From assembly GCA_964540695.1 (NCBI GenBank), contig CAZINS010000001.1:156826-220825 (forward strand): a stretch of DNA of 64,000 nucleotides, given 5' to 3'. This DNA comes from an uncultured Gammaproteobacteria bacterium (GTDB lineage Bacteria > Patescibacteriota > Patescibacteriia > S139-126). A program made the translations under genes and the position numbers. Below, one piece after another: positions 10,624 through 20,429 of the stretch. The stretch's first letter is position 1; each line of letters begins with the position of its first letter. The notes under the pieces are model-generated. The model made no database searches. It saw only the letters and a list, made by a program, of their open reading frames with translations, and had not been told where the DNA came from.

Positions 10624-10984
10624 TTTCCGCCACTTGCCGGGCAATTTTTTCCACTTCTCCTTGTGGTGGTACACCAACTATCTTGATAGTAATATCAGGA
10701 TATATTTTTTTTATTAGCTTTAATTCAGTTGCTAAATCATAATCATGTAAACTTACCCGTTTAGTATCTTTAATTTGATCTAAGTCAGAAATCAATTTAA
10801 CCACAGAAAAATTTCTTACTACATCGATAATCCACCAAATTGACTCACCTAGAGGTATAATTTGTTCTTGGGGATCCTGATGGATAAACTCAGCATGGGG
10901 CAAAAGCTTTTGTAAATGTGGCACTAAACGAAAAGCTAACGAATCTTGAGGTAGATTTGGGTTACCAAATACGGAAATTTTCAT
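10610..10984 (-). CDS. Hydrogenase maturation endopeptidase (HycI/HybD family)
   Basis: 124 aa, VFGNPN start, conserved D...HD (SLHDYD) metal-ligand pattern; convergent with and adjacent to the large subunit. Confidence 0.65.
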   Translation of the reverse strand: MKISVFGNPNLPQDSLAFRLVPHLQKLLPHAEFIHQDPQEQIIPLGESIWWIIDVVRNFSVVKLISDLDQIKDTKRVSLHDYDLATELKLIKKIYPDITIKIVGVPPQGEVEKIARQVAEIIAS

Positions 10985-11742
10985 TTTTGAAATTTAATTT
11001 TTCCTTGCTGAATGTCTTGAGGTTTTTTGATTGATTTAACTTTTTGGGGATGTAAAATATTATCCACTACATTTTGCTTAAAAATATTTTGATTTGTAAA
11101 ATCAATAATAATTTTTTTTCTAATTGTTTCTTTCTGCCACCCCACAGTATAAATATTATTGATCTGTTGTTTATAAATAATACTAGCTAGCTTATCTGAT
11201 TTATAATCAGTTGCGACCACTACCCCAAAATGGTGATACCCAAAATCATTTTCTGAAATTTTTAAAGATGATGGAATTAAAACTTTTTTAAAAACTATCT
11301 TTCCCCAAGGCAACCTACTTTCCAGGTCAGCAAATTTTTGTTGAGAAAAAAAATAAATTTTCTTAACTTGCGAAAAATTTAATAAATGAGCTAGGGCGTA
11401 AAAAGGATTATTTTTTGTAGCAATATTATTATTATGAATGTCAGTAGCATGATCTAAAGCAAAACACTGAAGAATATCAGCTTGAGTTAAGTGGAGTATA
11501 TTTTTTTGCTGAGCATATTTTGCTAAAGTAGCCGGTGCTGCGGTAATAATATGCTGACCTATATCTGAAAGTTTCAAAATTTTGCCAGGTAAACTAAATA
11601 AATCAATATCAGCTCGGCAATCTGGATTTAAAAATAAATAACTAATTAACCGTAAAGCTTCGCGGTCAAGGGTAATTTTATGATAATGAGGGAAAGTATT
11701 TTGCCTAACTTTTTGTAAAATATCAACTATGTTCGTTGGCAT
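10981..11742 (-). CDS. hypothetical protein
   Basis: 253 aa ORF between an EamA transporter and the hydrogenase protease; no motif recognised. Confidence 0.4.
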   Translation of the reverse strand: MPTNIVDILQKVRQNTFPHYHKITLDREALRLISYLFLNPDCRADIDLFSLPGKILKLSDIGQHIITAAPATLAKYAQQKNILHLTQADILQCFALDHATDIHNNNIATKNNPFYALAHLLNFSQVKKIYFFSQQKFADLESRLPWGKIVFKKVLIPSSLKISENDFGYHHFGVVVATDYKSDKLASIIYKQQINNIYTVGWQKETIRKKIIIDFTNQNIFKQNVVDNILHPQKVKSIKKPQDIQQGKIKFQK

Positions 11743-12625
11743 GTTTTTGCTGACCTAAATATTTACTACTAATCAAATAACCACTAGCAAAAATAATTAT
11801 TAAACCTATCATTTGTCCAATACCTAAAGCGGTACGAAAAAAACTAAAATTTAATAAAGCAGTAATTGGCACTGCTATGGTTAAAATAGTAGTCGCCGTA
11901 AAAGCTGGTATAAGTTTTAAACCTTGATAAAAAGTATAAACATAACCAAATAACAGTAGTGAGGTAATTATTACCCAACGCCATTCAATAAAACCAAAAC
12001 TGGTTAATTGTGCATATCCACCTTGCCAAACTAAATAAAACCAAATTAATGCCCCACCCAACAACATACGCGCTAAAGCAACAATATTGGCTGGCAAATC
12101 TTTTAATAATTTTTTGGATATTATTATTTCTACCGACCAAAATAAAGTGGCTATTAAAATTAAAACATCACCATAATTTAAAGAAAACGATTTCATTTTT
12201 AAAAATAAAACTAAACCAAGCATCATAAATACTAAAGAAAGAATATATTTTTTTGATAATTTTTCTTTAAGAAATATAATCCCTAAAAACGCAACATACA
12301 AAAATAAAGTTTTATGAATAAACCCGGCATTTAAACTACTGGTCAACTTTAAACCATGAAAAAATAGTAAAAATGGAATACTGCCACCAAATAAACCTAC
12401 TAACAATAACTTTGGCCATTGCCGTTTGGTAATATTTTTAAATGACAACCATTCTTTAGTAATAACTATAAGAATAAAAAACATAACACCAACTAAAATG
12501 TTTTTTAAGCCAGTAAATAAAGTTGCGTCAATATTATTGACTCCATATTTATTTAAAAAGATGGAAAAACCACTAATTAGTGCGGTAGCAGTGACAAATA
12601 AAACTCCTTGATAATATTTTTGCAT
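11723..12625 (-). CDS. EamA/DMT-family transporter (10 TM)
   Basis: 300 aa, two repeated 5-TM halves typical of the drug/metabolite transporter superfamily. Confidence 0.6.
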   Translation of the reverse strand: MQKYYQGVLFVTATALISGFSIFLNKYGVNNIDATLFTGLKNILVGVMFFILIVITKEWLSFKNITKRQWPKLLLVGLFGGSIPFLLFFHGLKLTSSLNAGFIHKTLFLYVAFLGIIFLKEKLSKKYILSLVFMMLGLVLFLKMKSFSLNYGDVLILIATLFWSVEIIISKKLLKDLPANIVALARMLLGGALIWFYLVWQGGYAQLTSFGFIEWRWVIITSLLLFGYVYTFYQGLKLIPAFTATTILTIAVPITALLNFSFFRTALGIGQMIGLIIIFASGYLISSKYLGQQKHANEHS

Positions 12626-12630
12626 ATTAA

Positions 12631-12813
12631 TTATTTATTATTATTTAATTGAGAAATAGGTACTTTTGCTACGGCAAATTTTTCAGCAATAAATAGCCAA
12701 TCATCTACTTGGCAATCTTCAGTCATTAAGCTTAAATCAACCCAATTACCATCTTCTAACTTAGCTCTATTCCCTTTAGTAGCTATGACTTTTTTTGGTA
12801 TTTGAAAACACAT
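12631..12813 (-). CDS. hypC: Hydrogenase maturation factor HypC/HupF
   Basis: N-terminal MCFQIPKKVIA (MCxxIP signature with Cys2), about 60 aa beta-barrel size, hydrophobic C-terminal FIAEKFAVAKV. Confidence 0.7.
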   Translation of the reverse strand: MCFQIPKKVIATKGNRAKLEDGNWVDLSLMTEDCQVDDWLFIAEKFAVAKVPISQLNNNK

Positions 12814-12854
12814 AAAAATAATTTAAAAATCAAAAAGTATAGTATAAAATATTT

Positions 12855-15512
12855 TCAAATATACTGTTGGGCTTTTTTTACATTGATTTTTCCGCCCACA
12901 TCGAAAACAACAATATCACGTCGACTAATCTTACCTGATAATAAATACTTAGCCAAAGCATCATCAATTTGTTCTTGGATAACTCGTCGCATGGGACGTG
13001 CACCAAATAAAGGGTCAAAACCACTGACTGCTAATTCATCTAAAGCAGCTGGAGTTATTTCCAAATGAATACCTTTTTGCAACAAACGTTGTTGCGATTT
13101 TTTTATCATCAATTTAGCAATGGCTGTAATATGCTCTTGAGTAAGTGGTGTAAAAACAACAATATTATCAAAACGATTTAAAAATTCTGGCCTAAATACC
13201 TCTTTTAACTTTTCTACCAATAACATTTCTTTAATAGCTGCTACTTGAGTACCGGCTCTTAATTGATCTTGAATAAACTGCGAACCAGCATTAGAAGTAG
13301 CAATAATTATTACATTGGTAAAATCAACTACTTGACCAGACCAATCAGTCAACCGACCATCGTCCATTACTTGTAAAAATATATTTAAAATATCTGTATG
13401 AGCTTTTTCAATTTCATCAAGTAACAATACGGCAAAAGGATTTTGTTTTATCCCTTCTGTCAATAACCCTCCCTTAGGATTTTTTTCTGTACCAAGTAAA
13501 CGACCAATTGAATCCTTATTTTGATATTCAGACATATCAAGCCTAATTAAATCATCACTACTGCCAAAATAGGTCAAGGCTACTGTTTTTGCTAATTCTG
13601 TTTTACCCACGCCAGTAGGCCCTAAAAATAACAAATTAACAATTGGTCTTTTTTCATCTCTCAACTCAGTCCGTGCCCGCCTTAAAGCAGAAGCTACGGC
13701 ATTTACTGCTTCTGACTGATTAATAATATATTGATGAATCTCTTCTTCTAAATTCAACAGTTTGCTTGACTCATCTTGAGTTATCTTAGTTAATGGTATA
13801 TTTATTTTTTGTGATACTAAGCTGGCTACATCTTCACTGGTAATTAAACTTTTTTCTCCTTTTTGTTTTAGAATATAAACCGCCACTTCCTCTAAAATTT
13901 TAATGGCTTTTTCTGGTAAATAATAATCGTGCATAAATCGATTGGACAACTCAATTGCTTTATTAAGTGCCCCTAGCGAAAAAAAGACTTTATATTTATA
14001 TTCATAATAATTTACCTTGGCAATCAATACAGCCATGGTTTGATCTTTGTTAGTTTCATTTATTTCAATTTTTTGTAACTTACTTCCTAAAGCCTTACCC
14101 GCAATACTACTACGATAATCAGTTGGATTGGAAGTGGTCAAAACTAAAAATCTATCATCACCAATTAAATCAGCCATCACTTCAGATAAATCAAGTCCTT
14201 CACCGCCCTTGGTATTAATGCCATAGATATCATGAATATTTTCTATTACTAAAACCACATTACCAGCTCTAATCATTTCTTGATGAATCCGCAATATTCT
14301 TTCTTCCAACATACCAGGTGAATTAGCACCAGCCACCAATCTAGATAAAGACAAAGAAACTATACGTTTGTCTTTAAGATTATTTGGTACATCCTCTGTT
14401 ACCATTAACTGAGCAACTCCTTCCACAATCGTTGTTTTACCAACACCTGGAAAACCTACTAAAACTACACTATTACTACCAGCCTCAATCACCCGAAAAA
14501 TTTCTTCAATTTCATTTTCTCTCCCAACACAAATTTCTAAATTTCCGTATTTTGCCGCTAAAGTTAAATCATAACCAAATCTATCCAAATAAGGAGTAGC
14601 CACTGCAGTCATAGACTTATTCATTGAATTTTTTGGTTTATAACGTGATAATTTTCGTTGTCGTTGATAAGTTTCATACAACCTATCATTAACATTAATC
14701 CAATCAATTACTTGGTGTAATTGATCAGTGCTTATTGACATATCATTGAATAAATCTTGTACATTAAAATCACTCATCACTAAAGCATCTAAAATTTGAG
14801 CTACTCCAACCCATGATTGATGACCTTTGACTGCTAAGAAGTAACTTTTAAATAAAATATTATAAACTTTCTTACTTACTGTTGGTAAATTACTATTACT
14901 TGCCTGACTAGTCATAACATTTCTCACTCGTAAAAGCACATCGTCACGACTAACACCCAGTCTCGCTAGTACTCCAACTAATTTTTTACTTTCTAAAATT
15001 GAAAATAACAGTGCCCAACTATTGACTTCAGTTTGATTAAAATTTTTGGCTACTTGCCAAGATCTTTCTATCAATAACAAAGTATCTAATCGAAAACTAA
15101 TAGCTAAATCAACAGGTTGATTGTCCAATTTATCTAAAAATTTTTTATCGATTTGTTTTGATGTTAAAACTGACTGTTTATTTTTTATGGAAATTAATCG
15201 AAAAAATAAATAAGATAAAGACAACCAGGCCACCCAAAAAACAAATAATTCTTGACGAAAGAAAAAATCAATCGAAAATTGCCAATTATATTGCCAGAAT
15301 AAGATAAAAAAACGAGTTAAACCGTGTAACCAAATCAAACTCAATAAAATATTTAAAGTATAATTAAAATAATTGTTTATTTTACTCTGCCACACACCAC
15401 TTGCATCAATCCTTTTATTCCAATAAAAAACCATTGAACCAAAATGATAATGCGCTCTTTGTTCTGTCACTTCAACTTCTAAATTATTTAAATCTGGAAA
15501 ATTTAAACTCAT
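12855..15512 (-). CDS. ClpB/ClpC-type double-AAA+ chaperone with unusual hydrophobic N-terminal extension
   Basis: Two Walker A sites (GFPGVGKTT; GPTGVGKTE), Clp_N-like repeats, sensor/arginine finger motifs. The first about 110 aa contain two strongly hydrophobic segments; start codon uncertain. Confidence 0.8.
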   Translation of the reverse strand: MSLNFPDLNNLEVEVTEQRAHYHFGSMVFYWNKRIDASGVWQSKINNYFNYTLNILLSLIWLHGLTRFFILFWQYNWQFSIDFFFRQELFVFWVAWLSLSYLFFRLISIKNKQSVLTSKQIDKKFLDKLDNQPVDLAISFRLDTLLLIERSWQVAKNFNQTEVNSWALLFSILESKKLVGVLARLGVSRDDVLLRVRNVMTSQASNSNLPTVSKKVYNILFKSYFLAVKGHQSWVGVAQILDALVMSDFNVQDLFNDMSISTDQLHQVIDWINVNDRLYETYQRQRKLSRYKPKNSMNKSMTAVATPYLDRFGYDLTLAAKYGNLEICVGRENEIEEIFRVIEAGSNSVVLVGFPGVGKTTIVEGVAQLMVTEDVPNNLKDKRIVSLSLSRLVAGANSPGMLEERILRIHQEMIRAGNVVLVIENIHDIYGINTKGGEGLDLSEVMADLIGDDRFLVLTTSNPTDYRSSIAGKALGSKLQKIEINETNKDQTMAVLIAKVNYYEYKYKVFFSLGALNKAIELSNRFMHDYYLPEKAIKILEEVAVYILKQKGEKSLITSEDVASLVSQKINIPLTKITQDESSKLLNLEEEIHQYIINQSEAVNAVASALRRARTELRDEKRPIVNLLFLGPTGVGKTELAKTVALTYFGSSDDLIRLDMSEYQNKDSIGRLLGTEKNPKGGLLTEGIKQNPFAVLLLDEIEKAHTDILNIFLQVMDDGRLTDWSGQVVDFTNVIIIATSNAGSQFIQDQLRAGTQVAAIKEMLLVEKLKEVFRPEFLNRFDNIVVFTPLTQEHITAIAKLMIKKSQQRLLQKGIHLEITPAALDELAVSGFDPLFGARPMRRVIQEQIDDALAKYLLSGKISRRDIVVFDVGGKINVKKAQQYI

Positions 15513-15516
15513 AAAC

Positions 15517-15885
15517 TCATGTATAAAGCAATAAACGTATTAACATAAATAAAGTTATTGGAATGATACTAACCCAAAACACCAATCCTAGACTGAGCAC
15601 AAAAGCCCATAAAATAAAAAATATAAACCGCCAAAAAATTATTAAGGTACGGAAAAAAAATGACAATATTCTTCCTTGCCAATCTGTTTGAGCATACATG
15701 GGTTTGAACCAATTTTTTAATAAAATATCTAAGGCTTGGTTGTGCCAGGTGGTTTTAATACGCAATTTATATGAATTTAAAAAATCAACCAATCCACGTC
15801 CATACCACCAGATTGGCCAATAACCTAAATTGGCTGCCAAATCCCAAGTAAATAATTTAAAAGTATTAAAAAAAAGCTGTATCAT
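15517..15885 (-). CDS. small integral membrane protein
   Basis: 122 aa, Trp-rich, two or three TM segments. Confidence 0.4.
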   Translation of the reverse strand: MIQLFFNTFKLFTWDLAANLGYWPIWWYGRGLVDFLNSYKLRIKTTWHNQALDILLKNWFKPMYAQTDWQGRILSFFFRTLIIFWRFIFFILWAFVLSLGLVFWVSIIPITLFMLIRLLLYT

Positions 15886-15923
15886 ACAGCCTTATTATAA
15901 CATTATATTAAATTTTTAAAAAA

Positions 15924-17051
15924 TCAGATTTTACTTAAAAAGATATGTTTCCTAATCTCAATCATTAATTGTAAATAAAATTCCAAATTATTTAATGTTG
16001 CCAAACGCAAAGCAGTTGGTTCGCCACTTCTAAATAAGTGATGTAAATAAGCTTTAGAAACAGACTTTAATTCTCTTGTTTTAGTGATGGGATTTAGTAG
16101 AGCTAAATCACGTCTATACTTTTTATTTTCAATATTAATAGTAGTATAAAAATCTTTCCTTTTTAAATTTTTATGTCGCCAAATATACAACCTACCATGT
16201 CGTGCTTCTCTAGTCGGAATTACGCAATCAAACATATCTACCCCTCTAATAACTGCTTCTAAAATATTGGTTGGCTTACCTACTCCCATCAAATATCTAG
16301 GTTTATTATTTGGTAAATAAGGTACAACTTCATCTAATACTTGATACATTTGTTTAGCGGTTTCACCAACTGCTAAACCGCCAATAGCGTAACCAGAAAA
16401 ATCTAGATTAACCAACTCCTTGGCACAATACTTTCTTAAATCAGAAAATACACTACCCTGGACAATACCAAAAACCAATGGCTTTTTTAAATGAGAGTGA
16501 TTTTTATCAAGCCACTGTTTTGCTTTTTTTGCCCAAGCTAAAGTAATCTTAACATCTGCTTTGGCTTGTTCGTAGGTAGCAGGATTGGCAGTACAAACAT
16601 CCAATACCATTTGTATGTCACTACCGATTATATTTTGTATTTGCAATGCTTTGACTGGACTTAAAAATTGACTACTACCATCAAGATGGGATTTAAAAAT
16701 TACTTTATTTTTTTCTATTTTTACTAAATTATTTTTTTGTTGTTTATTGCCAGCTAATGAAAAAATTTGATAACCACCGGAATCAGTCAAAATTGGTTTA
16801 TCCCAATTCATAAAATTATGTAAGCCTTTGCTTTGTTTTAATATTTTAATTCCAGGTCGTAAAAATAAATGATAAGTATTAGCCAGTAATATATCAGCTG
16901 ACAATTTATCTAAATCTTCACTAATTAATGTTTTAATCACCCCTTGAGTGGCAACTGGCATAAAAACAGGAGTTCTAATTTCCCCATGTTTAGCTTTAAT
17001 TAAACCTAATCGAGCTTGACTTTTTTTTGACTTCTTATAAAGTTTATACAT
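15924..17051 (-). CDS. tgt: Queuine tRNA-ribosyltransferase (tRNA-guanine transglycosylase)
   Basis: 375 aa, catalytic LTDSGGYQ motif and TIM-barrel length typical of Tgt. Confidence 0.8.
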   Translation of the reverse strand: MYKLYKKSKKSQARLGLIKAKHGEIRTPVFMPVATQGVIKTLISEDLDKLSADILLANTYHLFLRPGIKILKQSKGLHNFMNWDKPILTDSGGYQIFSLAGNKQQKNNLVKIEKNKVIFKSHLDGSSQFLSPVKALQIQNIIGSDIQMVLDVCTANPATYEQAKADVKITLAWAKKAKQWLDKNHSHLKKPLVFGIVQGSVFSDLRKYCAKELVNLDFSGYAIGGLAVGETAKQMYQVLDEVVPYLPNNKPRYLMGVGKPTNILEAVIRGVDMFDCVIPTREARHGRLYIWRHKNLKRKDFYTTINIENKKYRRDLALLNPITKTRELKSVSKAYLHHLFRSGEPTALRLATLNNLEFYLQLMIEIRKHIFLSKI

Positions 17052-17077
17052 CTTGTAAATTAAAAAAGGAATAAAAA

Positions 17078-17683
17078 ATGAATAAAATATTTATTGGCTT
17101 GCAAAACAGTTTAATGATATTCGACAAATTCTCGCAAAAAATATTTGGACCAATTTTAAGAAAATTTCCTACTTGGCTCACACCCAATCTCTTAAGCGGT
17201 TCGCGTATTATCTTACTTGGTTTAATTTTATATGTATATGTTCAATTAGAAAATATTTTTATTTATAACTGCTTAATTATTCTAGCTGGTTTAACTGATT
17301 ATTTTGACGGCTTATTGGCTCGAGTAAAAAATCTGGTGACTGATTTGGGAAAAATAATGGATCGCTCTATAGATAAAGTTTTTACTATACCTATTTTGAT
17401 ACTTTTCTTAAATTTTGAAAACTATTTTTCTTACTTAACCATTATTTATATAGTCGTCGATACTATTGCACTTATCAGTACACTACACGCTGCCTTATAT
17501 TTAAAAAAATTAACTCCAAGTAATGCTATCGGTAAAATAAAATTTATACTTATTTTTTTAGCCTTTTTATTTTACCCTTACAATAACTTCTATTTCGTCG
17601 AACTTTTTTTAATACTGCCCGCCACAATTATGGCTATTTGGTCACTACTAAATCACCAATGGCGCCAATCAACAACCGTTTAA
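17078..17683 (+). CDS. CDP-alcohol phosphatidyltransferase family protein
   Basis: DYFDGLLARVKNLVTDLGKIMDRSIDK matches D-G-x2-A-R-x8-G-x3-D-x3-D; multi-TM; 201 aa. Confidence 0.75.
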   Translation: MNKIFIGLQNSLMIFDKFSQKIFGPILRKFPTWLTPNLLSGSRIILLGLILYVYVQLENIFIYNCLIILAGLTDYFDGLLARVKNLVTDLGKIMDRSIDKVFTIPILILFLNFENYFSYLTIIYIVVDTIALISTLHAALYLKKLTPSNAIGKIKFILIFLAFLFYPYNNFYFVELFLILPATIMAIWSLLNHQWRQSTTV

Positions 17684-17695
17684 TACGGTTGTTTT

Positions 17696-19666
17696 TTATT
17701 CCACTACTTGACCTTTATTGGTATCATACAAGGCACCATTTAAGTTTGTGTTCAAGGCGGGATGAATTATTTGACTTTCCTCTCCTTGTTTGGTTACTTT
17801 AATTGTTTGAGAATTTAATAAATTTTTAACCTTACCTATATCACTACTTTGTGGTAATAAACTTACGTAAAAACGGGCGGTTACCAGTCCATCGGCTTCA
17901 TTAAGAGAATCTATTTGCCATATTAATTGCCTGGTAGCGGAATTATAATTAAGAGTACCTTTTTCAACTACTTGATTATTCTCCCAATTTACATCAACTG
18001 GTAATGAAGCAATCATCTCTACTTTTTCATAACTATTCTTTGTTTGTAATGTAAGATCAATAGGAAAAACTGTTTTTTCTCCTACCTGCGGTGGCAAAGG
18101 ACCGGTGCCAACCGGAAAACCTTCTTCATCTCTATACCAGGCGTAATTAAATACTTTTAAGGGCGATATTATTTTGGCCGATTGTACTGGCGTAGAAAAA
18201 CTTAAATTTGTTTGTTCTTTTTCTCCAACCTGACCAACTATTGCCTGGGCATAGGTTCTAAAATTATTTGATAAATTAGCTAGGTCATTTTTAATATTAA
18301 ATTCGTAATCTATTTTCAATTCCTGACCATTAGACAATTTCTGTAAAGAACTTAAGTTATCACCAGTTAATAAAATTTGACCATCATTGGTAACTGTTGG
18401 AGTAACTACTGTTTTTAAAGTATTCCAATCAATCATATCATGATTAACTTGTAAAATAACTTGCAAATCTTTTAAATCAGAACCAGAAATATTTTGTAAA
18501 ATAACCTGATAATTCAATTTTTGACCTGGTGTAATTTCATTTAAAGTCAATTGATTATTAATTGTCATTTGTAAAGCTAATTCTTCACCCAATATTACTA
18601 TATTTTTATCAGTTTCTTGTAAAATTTTTACGTTTTCTTCGCCACTACTAATTTCTAATTTAAATTTTTCTAGACCCGTGGCACCTGCTGAAAATTTACC
18701 TTTAAAATTAAAATTAATTTCTTGATTATTCATAAAATTTCTAGCTGGCCAAACGTAAGCTTTGCCTTCAGGCAGATCGACTATCTCAGCAATTTCTGGT
18801 CTAGGATTGGTCATAATAAAATTATTACTGGTGATTAAACGTATCCTCACAGCTGATATTTCCTGACCACTGATATTACCTATTCGCCAGGCCATATCTT
18901 TTTCAACTTCAGGTAATATCGATTCTGGCAATTCCCAATTAATAGCAAACTGAGAATGACCTAGTTTTACCAAATAAACAAATGATTCAATAAAATCAGA
19001 ACTAAAATTAACAGGTTGATAGACTGCTTCAACTTTGAATTCCTTATCAGTATTCTCTTCTCCATAAAGTTGGGCGTTTATTTTTATTTCGCCGACTCCA
19101 CCCTTTGGTAATTCTCCTAACTGCCAGCTAGTATTTAATAAATTATCAGCCGCTGGTTCTGTTGACTTAAGTTTTAAACCATCCGGATAACGGACCGATA
19201 TGTTCAATTTTTTAAAATCAACTCGACTAGTATTTTTATAACTAATAACCCAAGTTCCTTCCTGTCCAATAGCAACTGCATCCGGGCCACTTAGAGTTAA
19301 TTCAATATCTTCACGATTAGTAGGAGCACCACCAAAACGAAAAGCACTAAATAACAAAGTAGCTGAAGCTAACAATAAGAACCCAACTACCAACCAAAAA
19401 ACTCCATTCTTTACTTTTTTCTTAGTATGTTGTCTTGGGGATGAATGATATTTACTTTTTTTGTAGTGATTAGGTTTATTCATATTTAAATCATTTTTTA
19501 TTGTAGATTCTTTTTCTTCTAATTTCTCTTTTTCTAAATACATTTCTTCTATAGCAGAAATTAATTCAACCTGAGGTGATTGATCAACCACTGGATGTGG
19601 TTTAGCTTTTGTTTTTTGACGGCGTGATTTTTTTTTACTTAACTCTCGCCAAGACTTTATTTCCAT
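17696..19666 (-). CDS. Large secreted/surface protein with N-terminal TM anchor (hypothetical)
   Basis: 656 aa, Lys-rich N-terminus then TM (VFWLVVGFLLLASATLLF) then beta-rich extracellular region. Start uncertain; it overlaps the recO 5' end as called. Confidence 0.5.
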   Translation of the reverse strand: MEIKSWRELSKKKSRRQKTKAKPHPVVDQSPQVELISAIEEMYLEKEKLEEKESTIKNDLNMNKPNHYKKSKYHSSPRQHTKKKVKNGVFWLVVGFLLLASATLLFSAFRFGGAPTNREDIELTLSGPDAVAIGQEGTWVISYKNTSRVDFKKLNISVRYPDGLKLKSTEPAADNLLNTSWQLGELPKGGVGEIKINAQLYGEENTDKEFKVEAVYQPVNFSSDFIESFVYLVKLGHSQFAINWELPESILPEVEKDMAWRIGNISGQEISAVRIRLITSNNFIMTNPRPEIAEIVDLPEGKAYVWPARNFMNNQEINFNFKGKFSAGATGLEKFKLEISSGEENVKILQETDKNIVILGEELALQMTINNQLTLNEITPGQKLNYQVILQNISGSDLKDLQVILQVNHDMIDWNTLKTVVTPTVTNDGQILLTGDNLSSLQKLSNGQELKIDYEFNIKNDLANLSNNFRTYAQAIVGQVGEKEQTNLSFSTPVQSAKIISPLKVFNYAWYRDEEGFPVGTGPLPPQVGEKTVFPIDLTLQTKNSYEKVEMIASLPVDVNWENNQVVEKGTLNYNSATRQLIWQIDSLNEADGLVTARFYVSLLPQSSDIGKVKNLLNSQTIKVTKQGEESQIIHPALNTNLNGALYDTNKGQVVE

Positions 19667-20429
19667 ATGAATATATTTTTTCTAAATAACTAAAGCTATT
19701 AATTTTTCTCTCAATTATATTTTCTGTATATTTACTTAAAATTTTCATAAACTCAAACTCTTCTTGTTTAGTTATTCTAAAACGATAAACATCTGGTAAG
19801 ACTTGCCAAAAATTCCCTCTGTATAAATAACGTAATATTTTCAAAATATTTAGAGATAATATTAAATCAGAATTAATAGCCTTATCTTTTTTTATTACTC
19901 CACCTTCAGTCACTGAAAAAAAACAATTTTCTGCTAATAATTTTTGACCACTCCGCACACACTCCTTAAGTTGAGGTTTAAATCCAATCAATGATACAAA
20001 CTGCCAAATAACTAAATATACAATTAACTTATTTCTATTTACATTTGGTTTTAAATTTTTTTGTAAAAACTTTGCCCAATTTATTAATAATTCATAAACT
20101 TCATCTTCTGTATTATCTGGGACAGTTGAAAAATTAACTACTTCCAACAATGCCTGCCACAATAATAATGCTTCTAAATTCTGACGAATTAAAAAATGAC
20201 TATCAACCGTTTCCCCACCAGCCACATGAATTTGGTTTTTACCTGGTGCCAACATTATCTTTACTTCATTGCCAACTTCCAAAAAACCTCTTAACTTTGC
20301 CTGTGGTTTTCTCGCTCCCTTGGCTTTGGCAATAATTTTTCCTTTTTCTCTAGTAAAAGCTGTTATCAATAAATCATTTTCACCTTTAGGCTGATGACGT
20401 AAGATAATCGCTTGTAAAATTACTGTCAT
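19635..20429 (-). CDS. recO: DNA repair protein RecO
   Basis: 264 aa, N-terminal OB-fold region MTVILQAIILRHQPKGENDLLITAFTREKGKI typical of RecO; placement next to ileS. Confidence 0.6.
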   Translation of the reverse strand: MTVILQAIILRHQPKGENDLLITAFTREKGKIIAKAKGARKPQAKLRGFLEVGNEVKIMLAPGKNQIHVAGGETVDSHFLIRQNLEALLLWQALLEVVNFSTVPDNTEDEVYELLINWAKFLQKNLKPNVNRNKLIVYLVIWQFVSLIGFKPQLKECVRSGQKLLAENCFFSVTEGGVIKKDKAINSDLILSLNILKILRYLYRGNFWQVLPDVYRFRITKQEEFEFMKILSKYTENIIERKINSFSYLEKIYSYGNKVLARVK

